NCBI GenBank assembly: GCA_000165425.1
Contig: CT867986.1
Location: 372,001-436,000, forward strand
DNA: 64,000 bases
DNA from: Paramecium tetraurelia
Lineage: Eukaryota
Direction of reading: 5' to 3'
Below the pieces are notes generated by a model. The model ran no database searches. It was not told the origin of the DNA and saw nothing but the letters and a program-made list of their open reading frames with translations. A program made the translations under genes and the position numbers. Of the stretch, positions 30,233 to 44,904 are shown one piece after another. Numbering within the stretch: the stretch's first letter is position 1; the number at the start of each line of letters is the position of its first letter.

Positions 30233-33200
30233 ATGCTTAAATTTAAGAGAGTGTACCACTTCTCCAAATGGCCTATAGTCGATCTTCTTGACTACAATCA
30301 CTAGATAAATTTGCTCAAATCCTAACCTTCAAAACCCAACATACAATAGCTTCTAGGACCCAATTATGAGAAGTACTAGCACTCCTCCATCCAATTCGAC
30401 TATGTCTCTCATTAATAGGAGCCATCTGAGATTTAAGTTCTCTCCTCTCACCACCCTGAGTTTAAGTAGGCAGACAGGATATTTCCCTCATTCGATTAAT
30501 TAAAATACATACGAGAAACAGAATCCTTGAAACATTAAAAGTTTGCTTTAAAAGAAATCGAAGAGGATGATGTTTTTACTGTTGATGCCATGCAATCATA
30601 CAAACCTAAACTAACATGCGACAATCTAACAGAAAATTAATTACTGCTCATCAATCTTCCTATTAATGCTACCATTCAAGAAATACAAGACTTTGTCCAT
30701 TCCAAAACCAATTAACAAGTCTAAGTAGAACTTCACTCCTGCTCCCTCAATATTAATGCCTACGCCACTCTCACTTTTTAAAATTAAGCTGAATAATACA
30801 AATCATAACTACATCTTACTAAATTCAATGGAATATTATAAGAGTGCAGATCCCTTGAAAATACAGCAGAAGAATCCCCATTCAACAGAACCCTTGTGAT
30901 TACCAATATTAATAAAACTCTCTCCCTTTAAGAAGTATTACACACTGTTGGCTAATATGGAAGAGTCCTAAACGCCGTGATTCCTTTGGAAGTTCAAAAT
31001 GTTGATCTTCCTCTCTACGAGGACATCATTCAAACCCTAGTTGACCCTTGTAAACTAGAAATCCTCAATGTATAAACAGGAAAAACAGAAATTGAATTCT
31101 ACCCTAATCTTGAATAATTTGAACAACTTTACAAAAATTGTAATTATCTATTATTTACTCCATAGTCCCTGAATATTACGATCCCAACCTTGAATTGACT
31201 CTATTCGAGTATTAATAATAAAAAGACTAAAAATAAGATTAATTCAGACTTTTCAGATTGCTAAATTAAAAAACTATTAAATGTCTTAAGGTGCCAAGCC
31301 ATCTCAAAGAAAATTACAAAAAATTGTGGATTCCTTAAATCAATGTAGATACCCCTAAAGATAATCTTCAATACTAATTATATGCTAAAACCTATAAAAA
31401 TAGAGGATACTGTGTTTGCACATTTTCAAGTAAGGCTATGGCTCAAAGAGCTTTATTTGCTATTAATGCAGAAGGTACTCATGATTTAGCAGTCTTGTCA
31501 TTGCCTTTATTGAATACTCCTAAATTCTATCCAGAAAATACATCCCATAGCAATCAAGAAAAGTATGGTGGCAAATTCAGAATAGAGAATTTGGCATATC
31601 CAAAGTTAAGAGCTATGAAATCATGGGAAGATTTAGAATTATATCAGATTGATTTAATCTACAATCTCAAATAACTAGAAAGAATTAGAACATAAATTTC
31701 TTAAGTCAGAGATTAAACAATTGAGGCTATTCAGACTAATTATGATACTTATTAAAAGGATCTTGAAGAGAAGAAAGAAAAAGTAAAGTAAAAGGCCTAT
31801 TCTGAATTAAATAAAAGTGATGAATATAAGAATTTTGTTGAAAAGAATAGTTTTGCTGAATCCTTAGATTCTTTTGAAGACAGTGTAGCAGTTGTTAAAG
31901 ATACTAAACCTGGAAGAAAATTTAATTTTTCTATTCACAACGAACAATATAAAAATTATGTTGAAGCAATTAAAGACAGAGCAAAGGATGTTAAATTGAA
32001 AGAAAAAGAGTATGCAGATAAATTAGTCAAAAAATATTAAACTATATTTATAAGTGATTCTATATAAAGAAAGTTAGAGAAGAATGTTGAAAAGTCAGAT
32101 GACACATTGTTGTCATTACTTTAAGCAAGAGTACTAGGTGGCTATGCAAAAAAGGAGAGAAAAATGAAAAAGAAGCTTACTAGAGGTTCTAGGTTGGTGA
32201 GTACAGCTGCTATGTATGCTGCAGATTCAGAGATGCAATTTAAAAGAATTGGAGAATTATTTTCAGAAATCCAGAAAAAAGGTAAGTATGTAATAAATGA
32301 AGCGAATAGAGATTCAAAAGAGGCTTAAGCAAAATTAGCATAGAAAATAGCATTGAGAAGGCAAAGAAAATTCAAACGTCGTTTCAGTAGCACTATTTTG
32401 AACCCATTTTATTTAAAGAAATTAGCTTTACAAAAACATGAAGAATTTTTGGAGTACATTAAAAAAATGTTATTGGGAGATGAATCATAAAACGAAAGTT
32501 TAATTGCTATACATCCTTTGAATCATAAAGATTAATTAAAAGTTAGTTTGGCTCTGGCAAAGGACGATTTGGGAAATGAATTCTTAAATGACAAAATAAT
32601 CAATTATGTAAGAGAATTTGATATTACTGATGATACACGTGATTAGATTAGATCATAAGAGGCTAATAGAAAACACTTAATGAGTCAGATCACAAAAGAT
32701 TAGATTGCAAGAATCAAAGAGTTTTCAAAATAATCATATACATAAAAATTAATCTCATTGGATAAATATGGTATTACTACAGAAACTTTTGAAGTTACTG
32801 ATAATGAAGTGGATATTAATTAAATGGTTAAAGATTTGAATACTTTTGTTGCTGTTGGATCTGAAAAATATGATTTTGTTGTTGATAAATTAACTAAGAA
32901 AAGATACATTATAAAGAGTGAAAAACCATTTGTTAAATATGATTTAGATGCATTTTCAATTAAAAATTTAGGAGTTCATAACTTAGAAAAGGAGGTATAA
33001 TAAAAATGTTATTTTTATAGTTTGTAGATCTATTGTCAAAGAATGGAATTTAAAGTGATAAAGCCATTGAAATGCTTAAAGCCTTGGAGAATGATGGTTA
33101 GATTTCAGAAGAGATTTTGGATTTAATTGATAGATTGCCTGAAAATACAGAAACAGATTATGAGAAAATATATTAAACTTAAGGATTAACCAGGAAATGT

Positions 33201-33428
33201 AATATTCAATTACTATTTTTAGAATACGAATTAGCAAAATCATTAGATTTTAGAAATAATTTGGATGAAATCTAGAATGATATCGATTAATAAGCATACT
33301 TAAAGGATATTGCTAAAAAATATTCCCCATTGACAAATGATACCTTTGTCAGAGACAAGGAATAAGGAAAACTAAAAATTAAAAATAATAAGGGCAAATT
33401 TTTGGTCCCAAAGTAGAAAAAATATTGA
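30233..33428 (+). CDS. large RRM-containing protein with putative mitochondrial presequence
   Basis: N-terminus MLKFKRVYHFS. RNP2-like LLLINLP and LVITNI, and RNP1-like RGYCVCTF. Confidence 0.65.
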
Positions 33429-34186
33429 ATTTTAAATTGTTTTATTATTATCCAGTAAATATATCTAATTAGTACATAAATAAATCTATGTCGGCATTAC
33501 AAAAAATCATTTATATTTTTAAGCAACTAAATTATTTATTTAAGATTAAGTATACTCTTTCAAATCAAATGATCAGTAAAGATTGAAGTTATTGATTTTA
33601 TATTGATAAATTACAACAACATCCAAATTCTAATACTTTTTGAAATAAATCATTAATTTCATCTACCTTGCATCTCATTTTACGTCTCTAATCAACAATC
33701 CATTTTTATGATTTTCATACATTATTCACCTTATTGGAGGATAAAGATATATTTTTTGAATCTGTAGTTTTCAATTTAAAATTTAATTATTTATAGAATA
33801 GCTTCTCAAAAAAAAATGAAGTTTATTAAATTATACATGTATAATTTTATGATACCTAATAGAATATCAATTTAAGTGAGGTTCATAGAGTACATTTTTG
33901 TGTTGAACCTAAAATCAAATATTTAGTTTCGGATTTGGCAAAGTTTAAATAAGATTCAGGGAATAAATTTATGAGTATTTTTAGTTGTTCATTTTTAACA
34001 AATTCATTATTATTATTTTATAATAATTATAATAAAAAGAGATACAATTATAATCTTCAGAAAAACTTTTGGAAGAGTTTTAATTTAATTTAATCATAAC
34101 AATTTTAGTAAGATAGAGTGATCATTTTTATATCTATTTAAAATATGATATTCTGATATATTTATTAATAAAATAAAGATTTTAAT

Positions 34187-36117
34187 ATGCTGAGACTTGT
34201 GAGCAAGAAGTCGTTCTCATCAACATTTAATGTGTTGGATACCTTCAAAACACTCAAAAGCGTGGTAAGAATAATTGCTTAACTCTAAGATCACAGCTCC
34301 AATTAGACATATAAGGTCGTATGTTAGACAGGATGGTGTTCATAGTTCAATGACACCTAACTTGACCTATTAGGCTTTTGATGAAGTGCTTCATGAATAT
34401 TATGCTGCTTATTCAGGAAATCCATTCCACTTATAGGTGTATAATAACCTTGATAACATCTAAACTGTCAATTTTGGTACAGTAGACAATCCTTGTGTTA
34501 TTTTCACTGCAGATACTCCATTCAGATATGTGGGCTGCACAGGTTTGTAAAACGAAGACGATTATGAACAACATGAAATTCATCTTTTCATGCTTAGAGA
34601 AGGTCCTTTATAGAGATGCCCAATGTGCGGTCAAGTTTTCAAATTGGTTAGACTTAGACAATAAGAGGATGAGGAAATGTCTTACTATAGAGATTCATTC
34701 CATCCTATTGATATTTTTGAATTGGATGTAAAATAAATCTCCTATTTTAGAATGAAAATGTTTAATCAATTAACATGTTAAAAATGTGGACTCACAGAGA
34801 GGCTTCATTATTTGAGAGTGCATTATATGAATAAAACATTATGGTAACAATGGATAACGATGTACATGATAGATTACTAGTTGATCCAGCTTATAGAATG
34901 TGGAGATTTTAACATGGCGAAGATAAATTAAAATACATTGATTAATAATTGAAATAAGCAGGCTACAATGAAGAAAGAATCTACAGAAATCCAAAATACA
35001 AATTACCAATGTAAAAGGCAACATATGCAGCTGTCATTGAAGCAGAGAAAGTGTTGGCTATCTAAGAGAGATTAGAAAGAAAAGTGAATAGATTCCATGT
35101 TAGAGAATATCTTGATTTTGCTAATCACGCCAGAAGAGAAAGAAGAATGAGATTAAGATAAAAGGAAAGATGGGAGAACAATTACACTTACTTCTACGGA
35201 GGTCTTACTGAAGAAGAATAATTATATAATGATTACTTTGAAACAGATCAAGAATTATACAAGGATGATGAATAAGTTGAATAGAGAATTGATGAGGCTG
35301 TTGCTTAAGTTGATCCTAAATATAGTCCTCTTAGATTTGACTTCTAAGAAGCCTATACTCACAATCCTGAAGAAGATTAAACTTCACTTCTTGAAAAGAA
35401 ATTGTGGAGGTTCAAATACAGATTAGCCTTTGATTGCACCAAGGATTATTAAGCTAGAGAAAGAAGATTGATCGAAAGACATTTGGCAAGAATGACCAAA
35501 GACCCAGAATACGTTGCTGTTTTCAAGAATCTATAAAGTGCTGTTAATTCTGAAAATGAATTTGCACTCCTGTAGGCTGAAAAAGACTATTATAATCTTG
35601 CAGCTAAGGAAGGATGTAATATTATTATATTATTTATTTAGTTCTTTAATATAAGGATTACTTTGAAGGAGATACTTCTGCTGAAATTGAATTGGTTGAA
35701 GAATTATATAAAGCCTCACCTTTGGCATTCAGCAAAGTTTTTGTTAATCATTCAGCCAGATTAGTCTAATAAGAAGGATTCTAAAAGTTCCCTAAAAGAG
35801 CTTGGAATGATAGTCTTGGATTAATTTAAAATTATGTTTTAGATTTCTAAGATTTTTCTTCTAACATAGTACCCAAAGCTCAAAAATTGGCTAATTATGC
35901 TGGTTTATAAAATGTAAATATAATATATTCTATTTATAGGTACTTCCTGCTGATGAGTAAGAATTGGTAAAACTTGGTTTAGATAAGACTGAATAAATTG
36001 CAAGATAAAAGATTTCATAAGCTTAAGAGAAACCATAACTCAATGAACCAAAAATATAAGCTTAATAATAATAAGCTCCTCCAAAAGTTGAAGCAGAGTA
36101 ATAATAATAAAAACCTC

Positions 36118-36172
<55 letters not shown>

Positions 36173-36201
36173 GAAAGGACCATTCAACAAAAAAAAAATG
36201 A
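34187..36201 (+). CDS. COX5B: cytochrome c oxidase subunit 5B, ciliate extended form
   Basis: Mitochondrial presequence; GTVDNP...RYVGCTG...H..LREGPLQRCPMCGQVFKL zinc motif; long C-terminal extension. Confidence 0.88.
36117..36170 (+). repeat. CAA(TAA)17 microsatellite encoding an 18-Gln tract
   Basis: Perfect TAA run in the COX5B frame just before the stop. Confidence 0.9.
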
Positions 36202-36266
36202 TAATTTTCATTATTCATTAGACAGAATATTACATTATAATTATATTTCAGTCTAATACTATATAT

Positions 36267-37643
36267 TCATTCTTATTGATCTTAATTTTATTCTATTTGC
36301 ATTTCTTCTTTATTATCTCTATACTCAGAAAACAGTTCTTAATAATCAACCTTTTATCGACTTTCCTTTCCAATTGCATGATGATCTATTTAAGCACAAC
36401 CAGGATTTATTTATTTTGAGATTTTCTAGAATTTATACACTTTAAAAGAAATATTGATTCAGATTTACATATTTTTTTCCAAATAATCTTTAGAATTTTA
36501 CTCTTCCATATTCGAAATGGGTAAATGTAATTTATATTCAGGTCCAAAATAGACTTTGTAATCTGATTCATCAGGAATATTGTCTTATATTGGTACATTC
36601 AAAGCTATAGAAGTTTCATATGTCCAACATCTGGGAACATTTCTAAGAGTATAGCCTCCACCTCCAACCATTATAATTGGAACATTGAATTTCTTCAAAT
36701 ACTCAATGCAAGTGCCATGTCCTACATTGATATCGCAGTAATACCTTTAATACTTAAATTGAAACATCCTAATCGATCACCACTAAGACTATCTGTACCT
36801 CCTTATAACATCACAACGTCAGGTCTGAAGTTTTCCATAATTTTATCAATGACTGGTTTGAAAATATATTAGATTGAGTCATCATTTAAACCTTCATTCA
36901 AAGGAAAGTTAACTGCATAATATTTTCCTTTATCATGTCCAACATCATCGATATGCCCAGTTCCTGGAAAATATTCTTTAAATTTATGAAATGAACATGT
37001 CATCACTCTATCAGTTAAATAGAAAGCTTCCTCTACTCCATCTCCATGATGAATATCAATATCAACATAAAGTACTCTCTAATATGTTTTTAATAATTCT
37101 AAGATCCCAAGCACACAATCATTAACATAACAGAACCCACTTGCTTCACTTTACTTAGCATGATGCAATCCTCCACTCCAATTAATTGCAATGTTGCTTT
37201 TTTGATCTGCTATCACACATGCTGCCCCAACTGATCCAGATGTTTAACATAGGCAAAAATCGAACAACCTATCTAAAACTGGGCAATCCTCCATAAAATT
37301 AACTAAATTCAAGGTCAATTTTACATCTATAAAGTTGATCCTCATATTGACATTTATTTTCAGGAGTGATTATTTTGATTAAATCTATGTATTCGTAGGA
37401 ATGAAATTAAGTTAATACATCTTCATCTACTCTTTTTATGTATGTTTATACAAAAGATTAATCCTAAATATTCAATTTCAAATGTCTTACAATGCAATTC
37501 ATATATTATTTCAATCCATAATGACCGACTAAATCATCTGTTATGGCTACTCTTAATGGCTTCATTGGGTGTGTAGTCGAATAATTGTATGTCCCGAATT
37601 CTTCATCATAGTAGTATGTCACATTCTATTTAAAGAGATTCAT
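36267..37643 (-). CDS. HDAC1: class I histone deacetylase (Rpd3/HDAC1-like)
   Basis: [52 protein letters not shown] and GGGGY. Confidence 0.95.
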
Positions 37644-37858
37644 CTTCCCAAATAAATTTTAAGAATTTATTATTGACTTTATAACTTTTTTAATTACAAG
37701 ATTTTAATAAAATCACAATTATCTTCCAAAACTGCCTCTTTGTTACACACTCCCCTCAATTTATAGCAAATATGCTTTTATCATTGATTATTCTATTGGC
37801 ATTAACAGAATTTAAACAATTTAATTTCATTTTAATTATATTATCTGTTAATCAAAAA

Positions 37859-38791
37859 ATGTTTTCTGCCAGGGATTAACTTAGCTTTTCAAGAAAAACC
37901 ATACAACACTTTTCAATCGCCTCTTAAAAACCTATTAGATATGCAACCTAGTACTGTGGGGATGCTGAATATTCATCTTCAATTTTCAATTCTGATTATG
38001 AATTACTAAGAACAAAAGAAAAATATAAATAAAAGTGTGAGGAAATAGATATGAAGAAAAATCAACTAAACTCCGACCATCTAGATCTAGAATTTAGAGC
38101 TGAGGTATCATTTACTTTTGTATGTAGAAACTAAGGTAAGGAGAGAATGAGGTTAAGTATATGGCTGAACTTCTCAAAAAAAAGCTTAAATAAATTAAGC
38201 AACAAGAATAATAAATAAAGGAAAATCAAAGTTCTTTTGCTGATAAATTCAGGGATAAGGAACAGTCATTAATTGAATAATAAAAATTAATCAAAGAAAA
38301 ACAAGATCAATTAATATTGAAAGAAGAATAGCTAAAGGTAAGAGAGTAAAGTCTTAAAGAGAAAGAGTCTCTTCTCTAGGAGTAAACTACTTACTATACG
38401 TAATTCAACGAACGTCTCAAAATCAATATAGAAGAAACGAATAAAAAGGAATGTATCTAATTTAATTATAATTTAGAATTTTACATTCAATAAATAAGTA
38501 AAATGAATTAAACAGTTGAAACTTTGTTGTATCACGAAAATCATATAAGAGATTTAGAATTCAGACTTACTTAGTAGATCTAAGGATTAAAAGATTTTGA
38601 TAATTAAATTAGGTAATAGTAAACGGCTATAGTAGAATTTAAGTTCTAAATTGTAAATAATAGGAAGAATTGATTGATTAAAAAGAATAAGGCATTCTAA
38701 AAAGTCAAGAGTTAATCAATAGAAAATTACTTTGGGATTAAAAAAATATTACTAGATAGCATCTATAGTAGATTTCAAATTATATGACTGA
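37859..38791 (+). CDS. hypothetical coiled-coil protein
   Basis: Code-6 ORF with two tiny introns, K/E/Q-rich. Confidence 0.6.
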
Positions 38792-39473
38792 TTAAAAATA
38801 CTATTGAATAAACTATGTTGTGTTTTCTAATTTAATTTAATGGTACTAAATCTTATGTTCCTCCATTTTTGAAATTAATATTCTGCTTATTTACTTTTGA
38901 GTTAATAATTATATTTACATTGTTATAGATATATCACAAAGTTATAGGATAAATAGTTCCATTAATTTTGGTAAAATTAAGACATATTGAAGAAAATGAT
39001 TTAATATTGAATTTTAAGGAAAATTTCAAATTACTGTTTACTGTTATATTGTCTATCAAAATAAATAAATTTTTATTTCATATTTTTTCGATATGTTTGG
39101 AAAAGGTGAAATTAATCCATTGACAAGACAAGACAGGTACATATATTTGAAACTGTTAAATAATTTTAAGCTGTCATCTCTTTCTGAAAATATGATTTTG
39201 TAGATTTATTTTTGAAAATTATAAATTGACTTTTTCTTAAAATAAGTACATCATTATTTATTGTGCATTTTATTATACTTATAATTATTTTTAATTCCAT
39301 TGATTTTGATAAGATCTAAAACTAATAATGTCATGTTTGACTTTTTATTAATCTAATTTTTTATAATTCCCCAAAATAATATATACTTAAATTTTCTTTA
39401 TAGACATGATTAAAAAGATGCTATAAATTTAAGTTAAAAATTAACATAAATATTTATAAAAAAAGGTATTATA

Positions 39474-40808
39474 TCAATCAATAAATAATTTTAAAAGTGA
39501 ATTACATATTTTATTCTCTAATCTTACTCTTATGTCTAAATCAACTCTCATTTCTTCATTTCCTTTCAAGGGATATTTGCATCTATATCTTAATGATAGA
39601 AGTCTAAATAAATGCTGATATTCAGCATCCTCTTCATTATTCTTATCACTTTTTCGCTTTTGAATTGATAATTTAGCTAAACACTCCTCCAACCAAAGAT
39701 TCGTACCATCTCTTCGCTCAGATAAATGATATTCATCTTCTCCAAGTGCTATTCTAGCCATGTGATCATTTAAAATCAATTTTCCATAATAAGGAAAATA
39801 TATTTTAATAAATTTCTTCATTCTAATATGGTATACATAAAATACTTTCTGTATAAATATAGAACAATGAGAAAACCTCTCACATTTCTATTTTTTAATT
39901 CTTTAGTATTTATTGAAAACAAAATGGCAGAACTCTATTTTCTATTAAAAGCTTGGTTAGCAGATCTGACAAATATTTCAAATATGATATCTGTGATAGA
40001 TTCTCTCATATAATGCATCAAAGCCAAGACTCCATCTAATAGATTTTTATCTTCTGACACTTTGACATAAACAGGTTATAAATTTTATTTGACTTCTTCA
40101 TCCCTTTCAGCACGCATTTTATCAATTAATAAATATTCTCTTAATTTTCGTTCTCTTCTGGCTAATTCAGCATTTGCTTCATTTAATTCAGATTTTAAAG
40201 TATTGATTTCATCATTCATATTTTTAACTTAACGATTCAATTCTGCGTTTAGTTTTTTTAAGTTATCATTTTCAACTAAAAATGGCAAATTCAACTCTTT
40301 CGAGTCTTTTGAAATCTTTTTTATTTCTGAACCAGAGTCTTAATTTCTATTTGCAAATTGTGTCATAAGTTATTAAAGCTAATTAGTAATGTCTTAAATT
40401 TATTAATCCTTTTGTTTCATTGCTTTTTCCAATTCTCTAAGTTTTGGGGGTTCAGCTTCAACCTTGTTAGAATTTTGAAATTTATCTTAACCCAATCTAT
40501 TCATTTGATAAAGTTCGTGTTCTAAATATTTGACTCTTCCACTAAGCCTAGAGATTTCAATATTTCTTAAATTCAACATAACTCTTACTTTTGTGCCACA
40601 AGTGCTTCAAAATTATATTACATATCAGTGATTATAGCTCTCAATCGTAAATTGTCTTCCTCATGCAAACCCTTAATAAAATGCAATCTATCTAGGGTTT
40701 AGGATAGTGTCGAGATTTCCTTAATATAAATCAATTAAGTACATGATTTCTGATATCGATTCCTTGAAGTAGATTTGGAATAATATACTCGTCGTTAGCA
40801 ATTTACAT
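39474..40808 (-). CDS. hypothetical coiled-coil protein
   Basis: MQIANDEYIIP..., tiny introns; the C-terminus matches track ORF 39474-39821. Confidence 0.65.
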
Positions 40809-40985
40809 TTAATAATTTAATTTTCCAATTTATGATATTACTGCTAGCATGTTTTAAGTGGAAGATTATATGTATATAATTTGAGTTGACATATTTATGC
40901 ACAATAATTTCATTTAATCATTAGCATAAATTAGTCACTTTGTTGAATTTTATTATATAATAATATATATATAAATAATATAAAA

Positions 40986-41262
40986 ATGTCCCAAGAACAT
41001 GATTTAGATGACATAGCAGAATAACAATTGGCCGAATAAACTGCTCTGAGTTAAATACCTTCAATCCCAGATCAGGCCTTACCAACTCGACAATATTTGG
41101 AGAAAGCAGTTATCGATCAACTTCATGGTAGATTATTTGAATTAAAGTGAAGATGCATTAAAGGCATTAGCAAGGGAAAGACCCAAAAATCCAATTGAAT
41201 TTTTTTCATATTATTTGCTGACTCAACATTGCAACAAAAAGAAAGAATTACAAGAATAATGA
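40986..41262 (+). CDS. DPY30: Dpy-30 motif protein
   Basis: ALPTRQYLEKAVI...ALKALARERPKNPIEFFSYYLL. Confidence 0.85.
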
Positions 41263-41318
41263 AATTAACTGCAGTATAATTGTATAATCCCAATGTGATA
41301 ATAAATATTTAAATATTA

Positions 41319-42139
41319 ATGCTCAAACATCTTTATGATACAGATTGTGTGACATGGTCCCCTCAAGGAAAGTTGTTCTAGGTCGAATATGCTATGGAAG
41401 CTGTCAAATAGGGAAGCATTTGTTTAGGACTCAAATCAAATGAAAATGTTGTCTTATGCAGTCTTAAACGATAACCTTCTGAATTAGCTGGTTATTAAGA
41501 AAAGCAATTCAAAATCGATGATCATATGGCTATTGCTATAGCTGGATTAACAGCTGATGCTAGTAAAACTCAAACATAGTATTTTAGGGGTGCTCTGTAA
41601 ATATATGAGAACAGAATGTTTGGAATACAAATACACTTATGAGTCCCATCATCCAGTTGGAAGACTAGTATTCAAAGTTGCAGAAAGTACGAACAATCAT
41701 ATTCATCCAAGAATCACAGCATAAAACATAGAGTGGAGCCAAAAGACCTTATGGAGTAGGATTATTGGTTGCAGGCATCGATCCAAATGGAGTGCATTTG
41801 TTTGAGACATGTCCATCAGGAAACTATTATGAATACAAGTGCCAAGCCATAGGTTCAAGATCACAAGCTGCTAGAACCTATTTTGAAAGCTGGTTCCATT
41901 TATTTGAGAAAAGTACCTTAGAATAGTTAATTTTACATGGTTTGAGTGCTCTTAAGAAGGCAATCATGGAAGATGAAGAGTAATCATTCAATCGCTATTT
42001 TAGATTAAATGAAAGAAATGTCGAAGTGGGTATCTTAGGCAAAAATTAGAAATTTGTTCACCTCAATGCCTAAGAATTAAAAGACTACATAGCAAAATTA
42101 GAAACATTTAATGCAAACACTTAAATTTAATAAGAGTGA
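41319..42139 (+). CDS. PSMA1: 20S proteasome subunit alpha type-1 (alpha6)
   Basis: [43 protein letters not shown] and [12 protein letters not shown]. Confidence 0.95.
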
Positions 42140-42189
42140 TGATTAAATAATAATATTGATATATTTATATAGAAACACCTATGGTCCAA

Positions 42190-44497
42190 TCATTTTTCGA
42201 TACTAAATTTTTATCCATAAGTAAAGTTTGTGTTGAGTTTTGTATCTCTTCTCTCTTGTTGCTTTTGTTTTTCTAGATATTATATGTATGAATACTATTT
42301 TATTCTTTTTCTTCCTTCCCCCACTCTTCTATGACCAATTTGTAGTCAAATTTACGAACATCAGATTCCCCTTGTAACTCGAATAGTCTTAAATAAAAGT
42401 AATCAAAGGCCTCATTGCTTAGAGTTATTCCAATATAATTAAATGCTTTTGTCAACTAATCTTTTGTCAATTGAGGCTAATTAAATGTAGGGAGATATGA
42501 TAAGATTGACTTTTTAAATTTCATAATTTATGCACTTATCTCATTGCTATATTGTCTTTCTTCATCCTCTGTAAATATTCTACATTTTCCTATCAATTAT
42601 TTGAATATGCTTCTCACTATTTATAATTGACAAGTGGCTTCTTCGTCATATTCAACCCAGTCTTAGGTGTTATCTTCAATCATATATCTAGCCAATAAGT
42701 ACATTTTCTCTACATCCTTCAATTCAAAAGGACTGTCACTTAATTTCAAAGCAATATCCTTAATAGAGATCCTGCCCTTTTATTTTATTTAAGCATCAAA
42801 AAGATCATTTTCGACTACATCTTCTAATTTTAATTTTTTCAATCTAAACCTCATGTTCAATTCCAAACCTAGATCCTTAATATCTTCTTATTTAACTGTT
42901 CTTCTTCTTCTAACTCCACCACTTTATGGTCGTTGTTTTTAGTTTGGTTTTTCCTCCTGAATCAATCCCAATTAGCTGCCTTAATTGTGATGTTGTGGCT
43001 AATTAACAGGCAATTAAGAAAGAGGAGGTTTAGAATCCTTATCAAAACTTGGTATAACAGCCATAGTGCCCATTGTTGCTAATTTAACAGTTGAAGTTCT
43101 TGCACTTTTCCTGTCTGATTTCTATTATTGTGGATATTCTTCCTGGAAATCTTACTATGCAACTTATAATAGTAAATTCTTATATTTTTCATCTACCAAT
43201 TCAAATTAGTTTTTATAATATTCCATGTCATTTTCCAACTGTTTTCTCTCTCTTTCCTATTATTTGAAACTCTCTTATTCATAATGTTTCATCTCCGATA
43301 TTTGTTTTTCTAGTTATTTGATAGTTTCATTCCTTTCATCGATACTAATTTTATGATCAATAATAATCTATTCTAATTCTCTAATGTGCAAATCATCATT
43401 ATGAGTTTTGGTGGCTTTAATAATTAAATTGTTATTTATGGTCTTTAAATTTTAAATTTCTTATTATAGGATTTCACATTTATCATTATATTCCTATACT
43501 TATTATTTTAAATATTCTGATTAATCCTCTGCTCTTGTCTTCAACATATCATACTATTCACACTTAACTTAAGCATTGAATAATTCTTCGTCCTTTTATT
43601 TAATTAACCCATTAAATTAATCCATCTCCTATTAAAGTGAATTGATAACTTTCATTTACACATAGAATTTCTCCTCAAAATTATCCATCTAGACAGCCCT
43701 AAAATTAAAATCGTTAATACATTTTTTAAGCTGCCTAATTTCTGAGAGCTTAATCTAATAAACTTCTAAGTCTTATTGATTCTTCTATATAGTTTTTTAA
43801 TTCTGCTTCAATCTCCTATATCTTAGTTACTTTTATGTGTTTCTTCAATATCGATAATTCTGCCTCTTTTTCTGTTAATTACGATTTCACATCTTTCAGA
43901 GTCTTCTTTAGATTATTCATTAAAATATGATCCCCCAATGCTTGATGTCCTTAACCTGTTTGTATATAACTATCCAAATTTTCAAGTAGCTTCTCTAATT
44001 TTGAATTTTCCTTTTAAAGTTATCCATTTTTAGTTTTCAATCTCACATTCTCCTCTTTGATCTTATTGATTTGCTACTTGAGTTCTATTTGTTCTTCATA
44101 GAGAGTTTCTTTTTCTTTTTTGATATTCTTTGGTAGCTTCTTATCTCCAAGTTATGAAGGTGGATTTAATAAAATGGCATTTATACTTAATTTTTAACAA
44201 TAATAATTACTCTATTCCTTGCTTATCAAAATTATCATAATCTTACTCTTCTAAAATAACTTCTTCATCTGTTCTTTTCTTTCCTCTAATAATAGTAAAA
44301 ATTATTTACAGTTTCGAATTCTTTGTCACTACGGCTGAATGCGGTCTAACATTCGGTAACTTCTTAGTGCCTCCATAGGTGTTTGACAATTAAGATGGTA
44401 AGCGTGATTTAGCACTATCAGGTCTTCCTTTTAAGTTAAATGCCTAAATTACTATTAATCTTACTGAAGAAGGTCGGCTTTAAAAATCGTATTCCAT
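42190..44497 (-). CDS. large hypothetical coiled-coil protein
   Basis: MEYDFQSRPSS..., KEKETLYEE heptads; removing a 23-nt intron near the 3' end gives ...FSIEK*. Confidence 0.7.
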
Positions 44498-44904
44498 TTT
44501 ATAATTTAAAATAATAACTATTTCATTCAATAATAATATCAATATTATTATCATATGATAATAAGTAAATTTTGTATGTCGTCGTTTCAAATATCATGTT
44601 TTATAGACTGTTTTAGAATTCATGTCAACTTTAATCTAACATATTTGGAATTAAAATTATAATTCAAATTTTTTATAATATATTTCTTCTATAAAATAAA
44701 AAGCAAGTAAAGAATGATAACGTATGAAAATTAAATTAATGGATATACTCACAATACAGCCAGACTTCTTTAGTTTTTAAACTGGGTAAACACAATTTGA
44801 TTTATGTTATTTGTGTTTATAAATTAAGTTGGAAAAATAAAGTCTGGGGATTGAAATGGAATAATTAATTACAATTATTAAACTTATTTAATATTATTTA
44901 TCTA

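Noticed and set aside
35998..36201. Track ORF with poly-Asn
   Set aside because: Reads the same (TAA)n repeat as AAT. The COX5B code-6 reading (poly-Gln) fits the upstream frame better.
36015..36218. Track ORF with a poly-Leu 'membrane' segment on the minus strand
   Set aside because: It is the antisense reading of the (TAA)n poly-Gln tract of COX5B.
40441..40452. ttttgggggtt resembling a telomeric repeat
   Set aside because: A single imperfect unit inside a CDS, with no tandem array.
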